Source: Phycisphaerae bacterium
GTDB lineage: Bacteria; Planctomycetota; Phycisphaerae; UBA1845; Fen-1342
Direction of reading: 5' to 3'
Assembly (NCBI GenBank): GCA_963666925.2
Contig: CAXXTC010000003.1
Span: 37,439 to 101,438 of the forward strand
Length of the DNA: 64,000 nucleotides
The position numbers and the translations under genes were made by a program. Under the pieces are notes generated by a model that saw only the letters and a list, made by a program, of their open reading frames with translations, searched no databases and was not told the origin of the DNA. Positions 9,394 through 21,800 of this stretch are shown here, piece by piece (the first letter of the stretch is position 1; every line of letters begins with the position of its first letter).

Positions 9394-11286
9394 TCATCGC
9401 GCCGGCTGCGAATCGGGCGACGGCGATCCCTCCTGCGCAAGACTCAAACCCGGCGGCAACTCAACTTCCTCGATCACATGGGCCGCCATAACCTCCGTTC
9501 GAGACCACGCCTGCAATTGCATACTGCGCTGCCCCGGCCCAATCATCTGCGGATCAAAGGGAACCTCAATCCGCACGTGCCCCTGCTCGTCGGCCTGCTG
9601 ATACACCGCCGAGCGATCCGGTAAAACCAGTCGCGCAAACAGATGCGCATCATCTAATCGAGCCGTCACGACCAACTGGGAGGGCTCCGTCGGAGTAACC
9701 CGCACAGTGCACTCCTGAATCTGCGGCGGCCGGGTACTGAGAATGTCCGGATTCAGCATCATGCCACCCAGCGGCACCAGCAGCGCCAGGCTAAGCAGCG
9801 CCGCCAACCAGACCGGCATCCGACGAACCACGCCACGAATCACGCGATGATCATCCCTGCGACTTGCCGGCGCCGCGGAACGCTGCCCAAACAACCACGG
9901 CCGCTTCCGCAATACCACACGCCACAGCCAGCGCAGCCCCCACACGAGCCCCAGACCGGCGAACAGCGCCACCAGGATCACCACCTGGTCGTCGTCCCGC
10001 GCGCGGTAACGCGACAACGAGTGAATCCAGACCGGCCCCTGCCACAGAAGAAACGCGACCAGCAGCAACGTCTGGCGGCGCAGCAACAACAAGCCACCGC
10101 CAAGCAAGGCCAACGCGGCGCCAACGCAGCGCAGCCTGTCGCCGATCGGACTCAAACCCACCATCTGCGTATAACGGTAGGAGAAACAGGAGAGGCCATC
10201 CCACAGATAGTGCCGATAATTCGCCAACACACACGGCCACGCGACGCGAACGGGGGCATGATACACGGCATACCTGCGGACCACGTCATCGTACTGGTCC
10301 CGATACGCCGGATCGTAGCACGCACTGAACGTACGTGTGTTAATGCGGCCTGAGTAACAACCCGTCCACCGTGGCGGCAGACTACCCACCCAGATCGCGT
10401 AACCCATGTTGGACCTGCCAACCGCCTTCGGATTCAGTTGCATCCCATGCGCCATCCACGCCAGGGTCCCCCTGAACGCTCCGGCATAGACCATCGGCAG
10501 CAACACCGCCCCGACACAGATTGCCAACCAGCGGTGCCGGCGGAAGCGCCACCAGCGACAGGCAACAGCCCCTCCCAGCACCATGGCCACCGCCAACACA
10601 GCGACGATCAGAACCGCCTTGTAGAACATGCACAGGTAGCCCGCCACCGCGAACACAATATAACCGTAGCGCCGGCCGCGCAATGCCGACCAAGCCGACC
10701 AGGCCAACACCGCCAGCCAGAACGCCACTGCGGGCTCAGCCATCACCGTCGGAATCTGCCCCCCCTCGTAGGTCATCAGTAGCCATACCAGCGCTGCGAC
10801 ACTGGCAAGCAGGCCGGCGCTGCGCGCAGCCACATAGAGCGCCAAGCCGACCGCCACGCAAAACATGACCAGGTTCGACCAGAATAGTGTGCGCACTCCG
10901 CCGCCAAACGCCTGCAACAGAATCGCGTTCTGGAAGGCGAAGAAAACACTCTTGCCGCGGTCGAACACCAGCTTGTCATACTCCCGGTGCGAGGCCTCTT
11001 CCAACTGCGCAATTAGCTTGTCGGCGGGGACGCCGAAATACCGGTGTTGTATGTACAGCGCATCCTGATAATAGTGCAGCGAATCATGCCTGATCTGGCC
11101 GGCCGCCAGCGTTCCCCGCACACGCTGCTCCAGCACCACCCCCACCAGCGCCGCCCCGATAAGCATCATCACCAGCGCCCACACTGGCGCGGCGCGCCCC
11201 AGCAGTACCTGCTCTATGCGAAGCATGCGCCGGCGCCACCTTAGCGGAAGGCGCGAATGCAAACGTCCCACCTCCGCTGTGCTCAT
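9394..11286 (-). CDS. Multi-TM membrane protein, GT-C-like
   Basis: TM followed by HDSLHY loop, MAEP motif, many hydrophobic segments, C-terminal soluble beta-rich region; alternative GTG start at 11316. Confidence 0.55.
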   Translation of the reverse strand: MSTAEVGRLHSRLPLRWRRRMLRIEQVLLGRAAPVWALVMMLIGAALVGVVLEQRVRGTLAAGQIRHDSLHYYQDALYIQHRYFGVPADKLIAQLEEASHREYDKLVFDRGKSVFFAFQNAILLQAFGGGVRTLFWSNLVMFCVAVGLALYVAARSAGLLASVAALVWLLMTYEGGQIPTVMAEPAVAFWLAVLAWSAWSALRGRRYGYIVFAVAGYLCMFYKAVLIVAVLAVAMVLGGAVACRWWRFRRHRWLAICVGAVLLPMVYAGAFRGTLAWMAHGMQLNPKAVGRSNMGYAIWVGSLPPRWTGCYSGRINTRTFSACYDPAYRDQYDDVVRRYAVYHAPVRVAWPCVLANYRHYLWDGLSCFSYRYTQMVGLSPIGDRLRCVGAALALLGGGLLLLRRQTLLLVAFLLWQGPVWIHSLSRYRARDDDQVVILVALFAGLGLVWGLRWLWRVVLRKRPWLFGQRSAAPASRRDDHRVIRGVVRRMPVWLAALLSLALLVPLGGMMLNPDILSTRPPQIQECTVRVTPTEPSQLVVTARLDDAHLFARLVLPDRSAVYQQADEQGHVRIEVPFDPQMIGPGQRSMQLQAWSRTEVMAAHVIEEVELPPGLSLAQEGSPSPDSQPAR

Positions 11287-11460
11287 GTCGATCAGCTCCT
11301 CAGACTCTCCCGCCACACCCCGGCCTATTCAAACCGGCGAGCGATTATACGCACAGCCACAATCGCCATACAAGCACGCCGGGACTGCGACACCCTTCAG
11401 ATATCGCTACAGAAAACAGACCTTGGTCCCCACCCGACCCCACCGCCGAGAATCCCCCAA

Positions 11461-12699
11461 TCAAGCCTCGATCAACATCCGCGCCGGATCTTCAACGCAT
11501 TCCTTCACGCGCCGCAGGAACGTCACCGACTCGCGCCCGTCAACGACGCGATGATCGTACGTCAGCGCGACGTACATCATCGGCCGAATCACCACCTGAC
11601 CATCCACCGCAATCGGCCGCTCCTTGATCGCGTGCAACCCGAGGATCGCACTCTGCGGCGGGTTAATGATCGGCGTGGCCAACAGCGACCCGAACACGCC
11701 TCCATTCGTGATCGTAAACGTCCCGCCCTGAAGCTCCTCGATGCTGATCTTCCGTTCGCGCGCCCGCGCCGCCAGGTCCGCAATCCGCTGCTCGATCTCG
11801 GCGAAGCTCAGCCGCTCCGCATTCCGCACCACCGGCACAACCAGCCCCTGATCGGTGCTCACCGCGATTCCGATGTCATAGTGGTTCTTGTAGACGATGT
11901 CCGTCCCGCGAACCTCCGCATTGACCGCCGGCAGCTCCTTCAGCGCTTCGATGGCCGCTTTCACAAACACCGACATAATCCCCAGCTTGACGCCATACTG
12001 CTTGAAGAATTCCTCCCCACGCACTTTCCGCATCGTCATTACGGCCGACATGTCGATCTCGTTGAACGTGGTCAGCGCCGCCGTCGTTTGCTGCGACTCG
12101 ACCAAACGCTGCGCAATCCGCCGCCGGAGCATCGACATCGGCACAACATCCTCTTCCACATCCGATGCCGGCGCTTCGACTGCAGACTCCGCTCGCGCCA
12201 GCGCTGCCGGCGCATGCTCCGCATCCGCCACGTGCCGCTGCACATCCTCCTTCAAGATCCGACCGCCCGGGCCACTGCCCGACACATCCTCGGCCTGCAA
12301 GCCCGCCTCCGCCAGCGCCCGTCGCGCCGCCGGCATGACGTGCGGCTCGCGCTGCCCACCCGCATCTTCGCCACCCGCCGGCGCCGATGTCGGCGCCGCT
12401 ATGCCGCTCGACTCCTTTGCCCCCCGCGTCGCTTTGCCACCACTCGCCGCGCGCACTTCCCTCTGCTCCTCGATCAGACCAATCACCGTCCCGATCGGCA
12501 CAATCTCCCCGCTGCGCTTCAATATCTTGCTCAGCACCCCACGCGCCGGCGCCGGCAATTCCATCGACGCCTTGTCCGTCTCCAGTTCAACCACCGACTC
12601 GTCCAACTCGACGAAATCCCCCTCATCTTTCAGCCAGCTCCCGATCTGCACCTCTGTAATCGACTCGCCGGCGGACGGAATCTTCAGCTCGACTGCCAT
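11461..12699 (-). CDS. sucB: 2-oxoglutarate dehydrogenase E2 (dihydrolipoyl succinyltransferase)
   Basis: Lipoyl motif ELETDKA, E3-binding GSGPGGRILKEDV, catalytic YDHRVVDG. Confidence 0.97.
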   Translation of the reverse strand: MAVELKIPSAGESITEVQIGSWLKDEGDFVELDESVVELETDKASMELPAPARGVLSKILKRSGEIVPIGTVIGLIEEQREVRAASGGKATRGAKESSGIAAPTSAPAGGEDAGGQREPHVMPAARRALAEAGLQAEDVSGSGPGGRILKEDVQRHVADAEHAPAALARAESAVEAPASDVEEDVVPMSMLRRRIAQRLVESQQTTAALTTFNEIDMSAVMTMRKVRGEEFFKQYGVKLGIMSVFVKAAIEALKELPAVNAEVRGTDIVYKNHYDIGIAVSTDQGLVVPVVRNAERLSFAEIEQRIADLAARARERKISIEELQGGTFTITNGGVFGSLLATPIINPPQSAILGLHAIKERPIAVDGQVVIRPMMYVALTYDHRVVDGRESVTFLRRVKECVEDPARMLIEA

Positions 12700-12751
12700 G
12701 ACACTCGCTCTCCCTCGAACGTAAAACCAGCGGCCGATCGCTGGAGCCTCT

Positions 12752-15574
12752 TCAGAAATTGCTCGAGCCGACAACACCCAGCGCCCGCTCGACCAAGGCG
12801 GCCTGCTCCAGCCGATGCTGCTTCGCCGAACCCGACGCCGGACTCGCCGACGCCGGCCGACTCAACACAGCAAATGGCCAACGCCCGTACAACTCCGACC
12901 CGAATCTTACGCGCAAATGAGGAGCCGCGCCCATGTTCGCCGGCTCCTCCTGCACAAATACCACCGGCGTGCCGTCCGCAAACGACCCCAACGCATCCTG
13001 CAACACCTGGTCCGGCAATGGATATAGCTGCTCGACCCGCAGGATCGCGACGTCCATTATCCCGCGCTCCTCGCGCACCCTCTCCAATTCGTAAACCAGC
13101 TTACCGCTGCACAATAGCACTCGCCGCACCTGTTCCGCCGTCACCGCCGAATCGCCAATAACACGCTCAAACCGACCCTGCGCCAGATCGCCCAGCGACG
13201 ACGTCGCCGCCGGGTGCCGTAGCAGACTCTTCGGCGTCAACACAAACAACGGCTTGCGCCACGGCCGCAAGACCTGCCGGCGCAACACGTGAAAATACTG
13301 CGCCGGCGTGGTCGGGTTCACCACCTGGATATTGTCATTCGCGGCCAGCTCCAGCAGCCGCTCCGGCCGCGCGCTCGAATGCTCCGGACCCTGCCCCTCC
13401 ATACCGTGCGGCAACAGCAACACCAGCCCGCTCAGGCTGTGCCACTTGATCTCCGCACTCGCCAGAAACTGGTCCAGGTAGACCTGCGCCACGTTCAGAA
13501 AGTCCCCGAATTGCGCCTCCCAAACCACCAGCCCGTCCGGGTACGCGATGCTGTACCCATACTCAAACCCCAACACCCCCGACTCCGACAACGGGCTGTT
13601 GAACGCCTCAAACGGCGCCTGATCCGGGGCCAGATGCTGTAGCGGCACATACGGGTGATCATTCTCATGGTCATGCAAAATCGCGTGCCGATTGCTGAAC
13701 GTCCCCCGCCCGCTGTCCTGCCCGCTCAGCCGCACCCGCGTCCCGTCCGTCAGCAGCGAAGCAAACGCCAGCGATTCCGCCGCTGCCCAATCCAGCCGCT
13801 GCTCCCCCCGCGCCATCCGTCGCCGCGCTTCCACCAACCGCCCCAGCTTCGGATGCAGGTGAAAACCCGCCGGCAGTTGCGTCTGCGCCTCCAGCAATTC
13901 CACCAAATGCTCTCGCTCCACCGCCGTGTCCAAGTCGGCGACACTACTCTCCGGACCACCTTGATACCGGCTCCACAATCGCCCCAGCACACTTGGACGA
14001 AACCCCACGCTGGGCCCCTCAGTGCGCATCCCCGCCAAGTCCCGCTCCAGGTCCGCCCGCCGCCGGGCCGCAATCTCGTCCGCCTCCGTCGGCGTGATCT
14101 CCCCCATCTCCAGCAAACGCCTCAAATATCCCTCACGCACCGACGGCCGGGCCTGGATCTTGCGGTACAACGTTGGCTGCGTAAACGACGGCTCGTCCGA
14201 CTCGTTGTGCCCGTACCGCCGATAACAATACATATCGATCACCACGTCACGCTTGAACGCCCGCCGAAAATCCATCGCCAGTCGCACCACTTGCGCCACC
14301 GCCTCCGGATCCTCACCATTCACGTGAAAGATCGGGCTCTGCAACATCTTCGCCACGTCCGTCGCGTAGCTGGCCGAACGTCCCTCCGCCGGCGTGGTCG
14401 TGAAACCCAACTGGTTGTTCACCACCACGTGCAGCGTCCCGCCCGTGCGATACCCTGTCAGACCACTAAGGTTCAGTGTTTCCTGAACCACCCCCTCACC
14501 CGCAAACGCCGCATCGCCGTGAATCAACACCGCCAGCACCTGCTCGCGTTCCAGGTCGCCGGCCCGATCCTGCTTCGCCCGCACCCGCCCCAGCGCCACC
14601 GGGTTCACGAACTCCAGGTGACTCGGGTTGAAACACAACGCTACGTGGATCTTCCGCTCCGCCGCCGTCTCCCAGTCACCATGAAAACCGAGGTGGTACT
14701 TCACATCTCCTGGCCCGTGCGTCAGGTCGGCATCGGCATCCTCAAACTCCCGGAAGATATCCCGCGGGCTCTTGCCGATAATGTTCGCCAGCACGTTCAG
14801 CCGGCCGCGATGCGCCATCCCGATCACGACTTCCTCTATCCCCTGCGCGCCGGCCCGCTCCAAGGCCAAATCAAGCAGCGGAATCAGGCTCTCCCCACCC
14901 TCCAGCGAAAACCGCTTCGCCCCCACATACTTCTTCTGAATGAAATCCTCGAAGATCACCGCGTCCGTCAGGCGTGTCAATATGCGCAGTTGCTCCGCCC
15001 GCTCCAGACTCAGCCGGTTGCGCGTCGCCTCCATCCGCTCCTGCAACCACTGCCGCGCCTCGAACTGGTCGATGTGCATGAACTGCACGCCGATCGACCG
15101 GCAATACGTGTCGCGCAACAGGAACAGTATCTCACGCAGCGTCCGCGTCGCCGCCCCGTGGATAGTTCGGCTCGAAAACGGCCGATCCATATCCGCCCGC
15201 GAAAACCCGTAATACGAGATCTTCAGCTCCGGCCGGTACGGCTTTGGATGATGCAGCGGATCAAACTGTGCCATGATGTGCCCGCGCACCCGGTACGCCC
15301 GCACCAGTTGGTCCACCCGATCCTGCCCCAGCGCCACCTCCGGCCCCACCCCCGGCGTAGCGCGACCATCGCTCCCACGCGGGTTGAATATGCTCCGCCG
15401 CCGAAACGTCGGCCCCAACCGCGACACCCGCCCGAACCGGTCCCCCACCGGAAACCCATCGAAATACGCGCGCCACACCTCCGGCACCGAGGCCGGATCA
15501 CGCAGGTAGGAAACGTACAACTGCTCGACGAACGCCAGATTGGCAGGATTGGGGACCGCTACCGGCTCGCTCAT
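12752..15574 (-). CDS. sucA: 2-oxoglutarate dehydrogenase E1
   Basis: KRFSLEGGE, GMAHRGRLN, NPSHLE, HGDAAFAGEG, WEAQFGDF, EGQGPEHSSAR. Confidence 0.97.
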   Translation of the reverse strand: MSEPVAVPNPANLAFVEQLYVSYLRDPASVPEVWRAYFDGFPVGDRFGRVSRLGPTFRRRSIFNPRGSDGRATPGVGPEVALGQDRVDQLVRAYRVRGHIMAQFDPLHHPKPYRPELKISYYGFSRADMDRPFSSRTIHGAATRTLREILFLLRDTYCRSIGVQFMHIDQFEARQWLQERMEATRNRLSLERAEQLRILTRLTDAVIFEDFIQKKYVGAKRFSLEGGESLIPLLDLALERAGAQGIEEVVIGMAHRGRLNVLANIIGKSPRDIFREFEDADADLTHGPGDVKYHLGFHGDWETAAERKIHVALCFNPSHLEFVNPVALGRVRAKQDRAGDLEREQVLAVLIHGDAAFAGEGVVQETLNLSGLTGYRTGGTLHVVVNNQLGFTTTPAEGRSASYATDVAKMLQSPIFHVNGEDPEAVAQVVRLAMDFRRAFKRDVVIDMYCYRRYGHNESDEPSFTQPTLYRKIQARPSVREGYLRRLLEMGEITPTEADEIAARRRADLERDLAGMRTEGPSVGFRPSVLGRLWSRYQGGPESSVADLDTAVEREHLVELLEAQTQLPAGFHLHPKLGRLVEARRRMARGEQRLDWAAAESLAFASLLTDGTRVRLSGQDSGRGTFSNRHAILHDHENDHPYVPLQHLAPDQAPFEAFNSPLSESGVLGFEYGYSIAYPDGLVVWEAQFGDFLNVAQVYLDQFLASAEIKWHSLSGLVLLLPHGMEGQGPEHSSARPERLLELAANDNIQVVNPTTPAQYFHVLRRQVLRPWRKPLFVLTPKSLLRHPAATSSLGDLAQGRFERVIGDSAVTAEQVRRVLLCSGKLVYELERVREERGIMDVAILRVEQLYPLPDQVLQDALGSFADGTPVVFVQEEPANMGAAPHLRVRFGSELYGRWPFAVLSRPASASPASGSAKQHRLEQAALVERALGVVGSSNF

Positions 15575-15770
15575 GAGATCTGCACCCGGAGCTGCAATTG
15601 ACCATGTCCGACAGGATCCGATCCACATATCCTGCCCGCTCTCACTGGGGATTATAGCAGCCCTATCCCGTGCGACTGCCAGGTGGATTGCCGCGCGGGT
15701 GTCGTCTGGGGTGCCACTCCGGGTGCCCCAATCCCGCCGCGCGGCACAGGGAGGGACAGATTTCCCCACC

Positions 15771-15812
15771 AAATAACAGGGCCGACACGTCATCTCAAAC
15801 GCGCCGGCCCTG
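15771..15812 (-). terminator. Rho-independent terminator after the 1999-aa gene
   Basis: Minus strand CAGGGCCGGCGCGT-loop-ACGTGTCGGCCCTG (14 bp, two G-U pairs) followed by TTATTT. Confidence 0.7.
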
Positions 15813-15865
15813 AAGGGTCCTTGTATCTCACGTCAGCCCGCTACGGGCCGACGACTTTGCCGCGA

Positions 15866-18800
15866 TTAACGCCGCCGCCGGTAACTGCTGCGCGCTCGCA
15901 GCAAACCAGCCAGCGTCAGCGTAAGCATCAGCACAGACGTGGTCGGACACAGGCCCGTGTTGGGGTTTAGATCCGACGAATCGTCGTCACCGGTACTGGG
16001 CTGATCCTGGCTGCTGTCGCCGGAATCGTCACCCGTATCGTCACCGGTGTCATCGCCGGCATCGTCACCGGTTCCGTCGTCAGTGCCGTCGTCGGCGCCG
16101 TCATCCACTGCATCGCAGGAGTCGCCAATACCATCGCCGTCGCTGTCGAGCTGGAGCAGGTTCGCGACGCCCGGACAGTTATCACACGCATCGCCGATCC
16201 CGTCACCGTCACTGTCAATCTGGGCGGTATTGGGCTCAAACACGCAGTTGTCGCACCGATTACCGATGCCGTCGCCGTCGGTGTCGCCCTGGTCAGCGTT
16301 GGACACGTTCGGACAGTTGTCGAATACGTCCGGCACACCGTCACCATCGCTGTCCGGCTCACACGCGTCACCCGTGCCATCATTGTTCGTATCCATCTGG
16401 CTCGGGTTGTAGATCAGCGGGCAGTTGTCCTGAGCATCCGGGATGCCGTCGTTGTCGCTGTCGTTATCACACGCGTCGCCGTCACCGTCACCGTCGAAGT
16501 CGCCCTGCCCGGGGTTGTACTCGTACGGACAGTTGTCGGTGGCATTGGGAACGCCGTCGTCATCCAGGTCAGGATCGCACGCGTCGCCGAGACCGTCGTC
16601 GTCGGTGTCCGTCTGGTCTGGGTTGTGCGTGTTCGGACAGTTATCGTCGTTATTCAGGTAACCGTCATTGTCGTTGTCGTTGTCGCAGGCGTCGCCGATA
16701 CCGTCGCCATCAACGTCACCCTGGCCCGGGTTGTCCACGTAGGGGCAGTTGTCGCAGGCGTTACCCAGCTCGTCGCCGTCGCTATCCGTCTGGTCGACGT
16801 TCGGGAAGTCGGGACAGTTATCCTCAGCATCCTCGATGCCGTCGTTGTCCGTATCCACGAACTCCGGATTAACGACGATATCAGCCGTCACGACGCCTTC
16901 CCGACCAGTTGCGTTGTTCCGCACCGTCAACGTGACCGTGTAGGCCCCATTGGACAAATCCGTCGAAGACGACTCATAGAGATACTCGACCACCGAGCCC
17001 GTGCCACCGCTGCCGTCGCCAAAGTTCCACTGGAACGTCAGGCTCGATGATTGCGAGCCAAACTCGTCCAGCGACTCCGACGCATCGAAACGCACCAGCA
17101 ATGGCACCCGCCGGCCGGGGTTCGTCTCATCTTCCGGATACGAAACTTCAAGCACCGGGTAGACCCGCGGCACGATGTCGCCGCCGGAGAATTCCACCGG
17201 CAGGCTGTAGCCGGTCTTGCCCGTGGTCATGAGCGTGTACCGATCCGGCAAACGCGTCCCGTCGCCGCTCGAGAACGCATGCACGCGGTAGCTGATATTG
17301 CTGCCGCTGCCAGCGTTGTTCGCCAGCCGCAACTGCGTCGGCGCCGGCACCGACAAAATCCGGTAGAACCCTGGTACCGCACCATCGCCCGCGATAATAC
17401 GCACCTGGTCGCCGGCCCGGAACTCGGTCGCGTCAAAGTTCGCGCTCGGGATCGTCAGCGTATACACGCCATCGTCATCCGACAGCTCACCATCGCTGCC
17501 CGCGACCGCCTCATCCGTGTATTCAATCAGCAGCGACACGCCGCTGTCCGTCACGAACGGCTGGTTGGTCACCGCCCGGCTGTGAATGCCGGAAACCCTG
17601 CCTTCCACCGACCATTCCTCGGCACCCACCACCGCGTGATCAACACACGTCAGCGTCAGCGTCTCCAGGAACGACTGCTCCGTGTCGACGTCCGTCACCG
17701 TTACTTGGCCACGCGCGTGATTGTCCACGTCGGCCCGCGGCTCCGAGTTCGCCGGCTCTGTGCCGTCCGCTCCCACGCCCGGCACCAGCTTGGCGTAGAA
17801 GTAAAACACACCGTCCGGCATCTGCGACGGATCAAACTCGTAGAACATGCTCTCCAGACCCGGCTGGGACTTGTACTGCACGCCTTCCACAAACTGCGCG
17901 CCGTCGTGTCCAACATTATCCGAGTCGTAATAGAAGTACAGCTCGGTGCCACCGTAGAAATCGAATGCCTTGTACCGCAGTCGCGCCGTCGGCAACTCGC
18001 CAACCGGCGGACGCGAGAACTCCAGCTCGGGCACCAGCCGCGGCTTCCAGTAGAACGTCACGACCAGGTCGTCACCCTCGTACTGAATGTCACGAATCGC
18101 AATCCCGCTCTCAACCTGCCCCCACCACCGCGAGCTCGGATCCGTGTCATTGTTCCACTCGCGAATATCCGACGTGCCCGGGAACGGGTCACCGGCATCA
18201 CCGCTGTTCTCACCGTTCTCGAGCTGCTGCAATCCGTCAGCCTGGAGGACGTTGTAGCTGAAGTGGCTACCCAGACGCTGCTGCACCGGCGACGCCTCGG
18301 CGTTCTCACCGAAGTCCGTGTGCATGATCAACAAGCCTTCGCCATCACCGCTACCAGTAAGCTGACCACCCGGGGCATAGCGCGAGAAGTTGATCCGATA
18401 CGGATCCGCCGGCACGTCCTGAGTCAGCCGCCAGAAGTAGAAGCGCTCACCAGCCGCGTCCGGATCATCTCCGAGCAGATCCGGGTTCTGGAACGTGAAC
18501 ACCGAATCGTTCGAATTGAACGCGAAGTCCGGGAAGACCAGCTCCGCCTCCTCACGCGGGTTGATTACATCACGCAGATCCGTAACCGAAATCCACGGCG
18601 TGTGATCCGTACCCAGCGACGCGCTGCCCAGGAAGTACTGCTTCAGCGGCGGCGTCGGGTGCACAAACCCGCCCGACATGATGTCCCAACCACCCACCGG
18701 CTTGTTGATAATACCACCGCCGGGGTTGTACTCGTCATAGTCATACAGGTCGGGATAGCTCTCCCAGACGTGCAGCCACTCGTGAGCCGTACCGGCTTTG

Positions 18801-21800
18801 GCATACTCACCCGGATTGAGCTGCTCACCCGTCTCCGTTGTACCACCCAACGGGTGCACCCAATCGGAGAAGTAAATCGGCGAAAGCGGATTGCCGATGT
18901 CGCCTTCCACGATATTGATCGGCAGGTTCATGTCCGGCGCCGGCAGCACAAACAGCGGGCGCCCACCCGCCGAACCGATACCATCTGGTATCGCCTCGCC
19001 CGGAATCAAAATCACTGAATGAAGGAAATTGTGCCGATTCGCGCCGGTACCAACGGGCATGATCACGTTGTCCCAGTCCGTCGCCGAATCCAACGCCGCC
19101 ACAGTGTCTTCGGTCAGTCGCCGCCGGTTATACGGGTACTCGCTGTGCGGACCGCCATCACGCGCCGTCGAATAGTCGGCGTCCATGATGTAGTTCTCGG
19201 TCCCCGCCGCAACCACCTCGCCCATATCCATCAGACCGTCGAGGTTGTAATCGCGCTTCATGGCCCGGACGCGGTGCACCACCAGGCCCAGCAGGAACGT
19301 ACTATCATCATTAACGGCGCCACCCGCCGCATCAATCGCGATCAGGTGATCGGCCACGTCCGCCGCGTACAGGGTTGAACCGTCCGAACTGATCGCCAGA
19401 CACGTAAGATCATACGGGAACGGATTGGGGTCGCTCGGGTTGATCGGACCCCACTCGCCCGTCTCCAGGTTCACGACCGACGGCAACTCGAACGCACGAT
19501 CAATGAAGTACAACTGGTTGGCATAGTACGCCAGACCATCCGTACCCCACGTCGGCACCCCCAGCAGACCCAAATACACCGCCTCGCCGGACCGCGGATC
19601 GATCGCCCACAACTGCGTCGAACCGATTGCTACATCAACCGACGCAAATACCAGGTTATTCACCGAATCGTACGCAATGTCCTGAATCTGACTGCTCAGC
19701 CCCGAGATGTCAGCCTGGTGCGCGGCCGTCCCTTCCTCGGTGCTGATCTGCCACAGCTCGTTGCCACCACCTGCTCGGCGAATCGCGAAGAGCTGGTTCA
19801 CGCCGGAACTCGGCGCAATCAACGAGATGCCACCAACACCAAAGCCTTCACCAATCTGAACCCACAGCCAATCCTGGTCATTAGTCGGATCATATTCGGG
19901 GTTAACCTCCAGCAACGCGTTCAAACCCGAATCAACCGCGTACAGGCTGTTGCCCAGACACGCCATGCCAGTCACCGGCGTGCCCGGATCACGCTGCCAC
20001 GTCATGAACTCAAGGTTCAGTACGTTACCACCATCAAAACCACCCGACCCGTGTATGTTGTAGGCCAACGGCCCCGCCGCCGGGATGTTCCCATCCGGGC
20101 TGTACGGTGCACCGTCATAACCAGGACCAAAGTCGTAGCCCCACGGATCCGTACCGTACACGGACGTCACCTCGCCCGGACGGCCATCGCCACCATTGCG
20201 ATAGCTGACGCTGCCCTCACCCAGCACCACCGATCCACCTGTGTAACTCCCAATACCAGAAACATTCCGGCGGTGATACAGCGACGACGGCAAATCATCA
20301 AACTCCGCCGGTCCGTCGTAGTAGTCCGGCGTGCCATCATCATTCTTATCCAACATGTCCGGCAACACCGGGCCATTCAGGTCATCGACATACTGCTCGG
20401 CCCAATCCTCGATGCTACCGTCGCCGTAGATTGGCGCGTCGATATCCTGACCGGTAGGACCATCGTTCGGGTTGTCCGGATCGTCGTAGCCGCAGTTGCC
20501 CTCGTCCGGCTCCGTATCCGGATAGCAGTAAGGAAATTCGGCTTCGTCACCGGGCTCCTCGGTCTGCTGCGGTCGCGCCTTGGAGCCACCACAGTTCGGA
20601 TTGAAATCACGCAGGTCATCACCGTCACCCGGGTCACCAATCGCCGGATCTGCCGGATCAAACTCCTCCAGCCTCGGAATCAGCGGATTCCACACCGGCG
20701 CCGTCGGCGCCGCCCCGGCAGAAAGACCGAGCATCGCGTGCCGATCCGCCCAGTATGCGTCCCACCAATCCTGCAAGCTCCACGGATACGCCCCGTCTTC
20801 CGGAGCCTCCGTCGTCACGCCCGTCAACCACATCGCCGACGAGGGCTGCTGCTGCATCTTCGAACTGCCCAGCTCGGCCCAATCGTCCGGCCCGTCATAC
20901 TGGTTGTTCCCAAAGCGACCCAGAAAACCAGTGCCGCTGGCCGGATCATCCGACGTCCCCAGCGTGCCTACAAATCCCGGATAGTTCGCTCGGATATAAG
21001 CCTCCGACCAAGCCTTTGAATCCGCCGACTCGTTCTTCCAACTCGGGTCCAGCTTCTTCCACCGACTGGCCGGGTGCCCCGCCTCAGGATCGTAGATAAC
21101 GATGAAGTCCTCGAACGGCTCCGGGAAATCCCACCCACCGTCGCCGTCCGCATCACAGAACTCCTCCTCCTCGATCTCGCCATCTTCGTCACACTGCCCC
21201 CCTACCAGCTCCTTGTTCCAACCGTCCCTGACAGTCTCCACGAGAGCGTCATAACGCTCGTTTCCGTTCAAATCCCGGAAACGTTCCCCCGGCGTCCACA
21301 CCGCCATGCCCGTGTAGTTGTCAAAATCAATCATCCCGGGCGTCGGTGCGTCGTCCCACTCGTCATACCCCGGCGTCGCCGTCCCCGGCGAATCACCGTT
21401 GTAGTCAATATAGATCGCCTGGTACCGCTGGCTCACTTCCTCGCCCATGAACGGCGAGAACCCACCCGACTGGTCCAACTCGGTCCACGGCAATGCCCCC
21501 TCTTCATCCCAACTGACGATCTCCGAATCCGGCGCGATCGGCCACGGAATCTCCGCCTCGCCAAAAACGTCGCCGTTGACGACCACGTTCCCATACGAGA
21601 TCTCGTACCAGTACTCCGCGAACGAGTGAATAGTCCCATCCGGATCGTCCGGGTCGTCCGGCATGGTGTCGAAGTACTGCGCCCGGATGTCATCCAGGTT
21701 CACCTCGATCGACCCGGGACCACCCTCAATCGATTTCCCAGGGACCGCGTACATAATCACAAACTTGCGCTGATCGGCCAGCGCCCCGTCGGACAACAGG

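Noticed and set aside
15990..16860. Regularly spaced DNA repeats resembling a CRISPR array
   Set aside because: Degenerate in-frame coding repeats (TSP3 and acidic linker); no identical repeats with unique spacers and no cas genes
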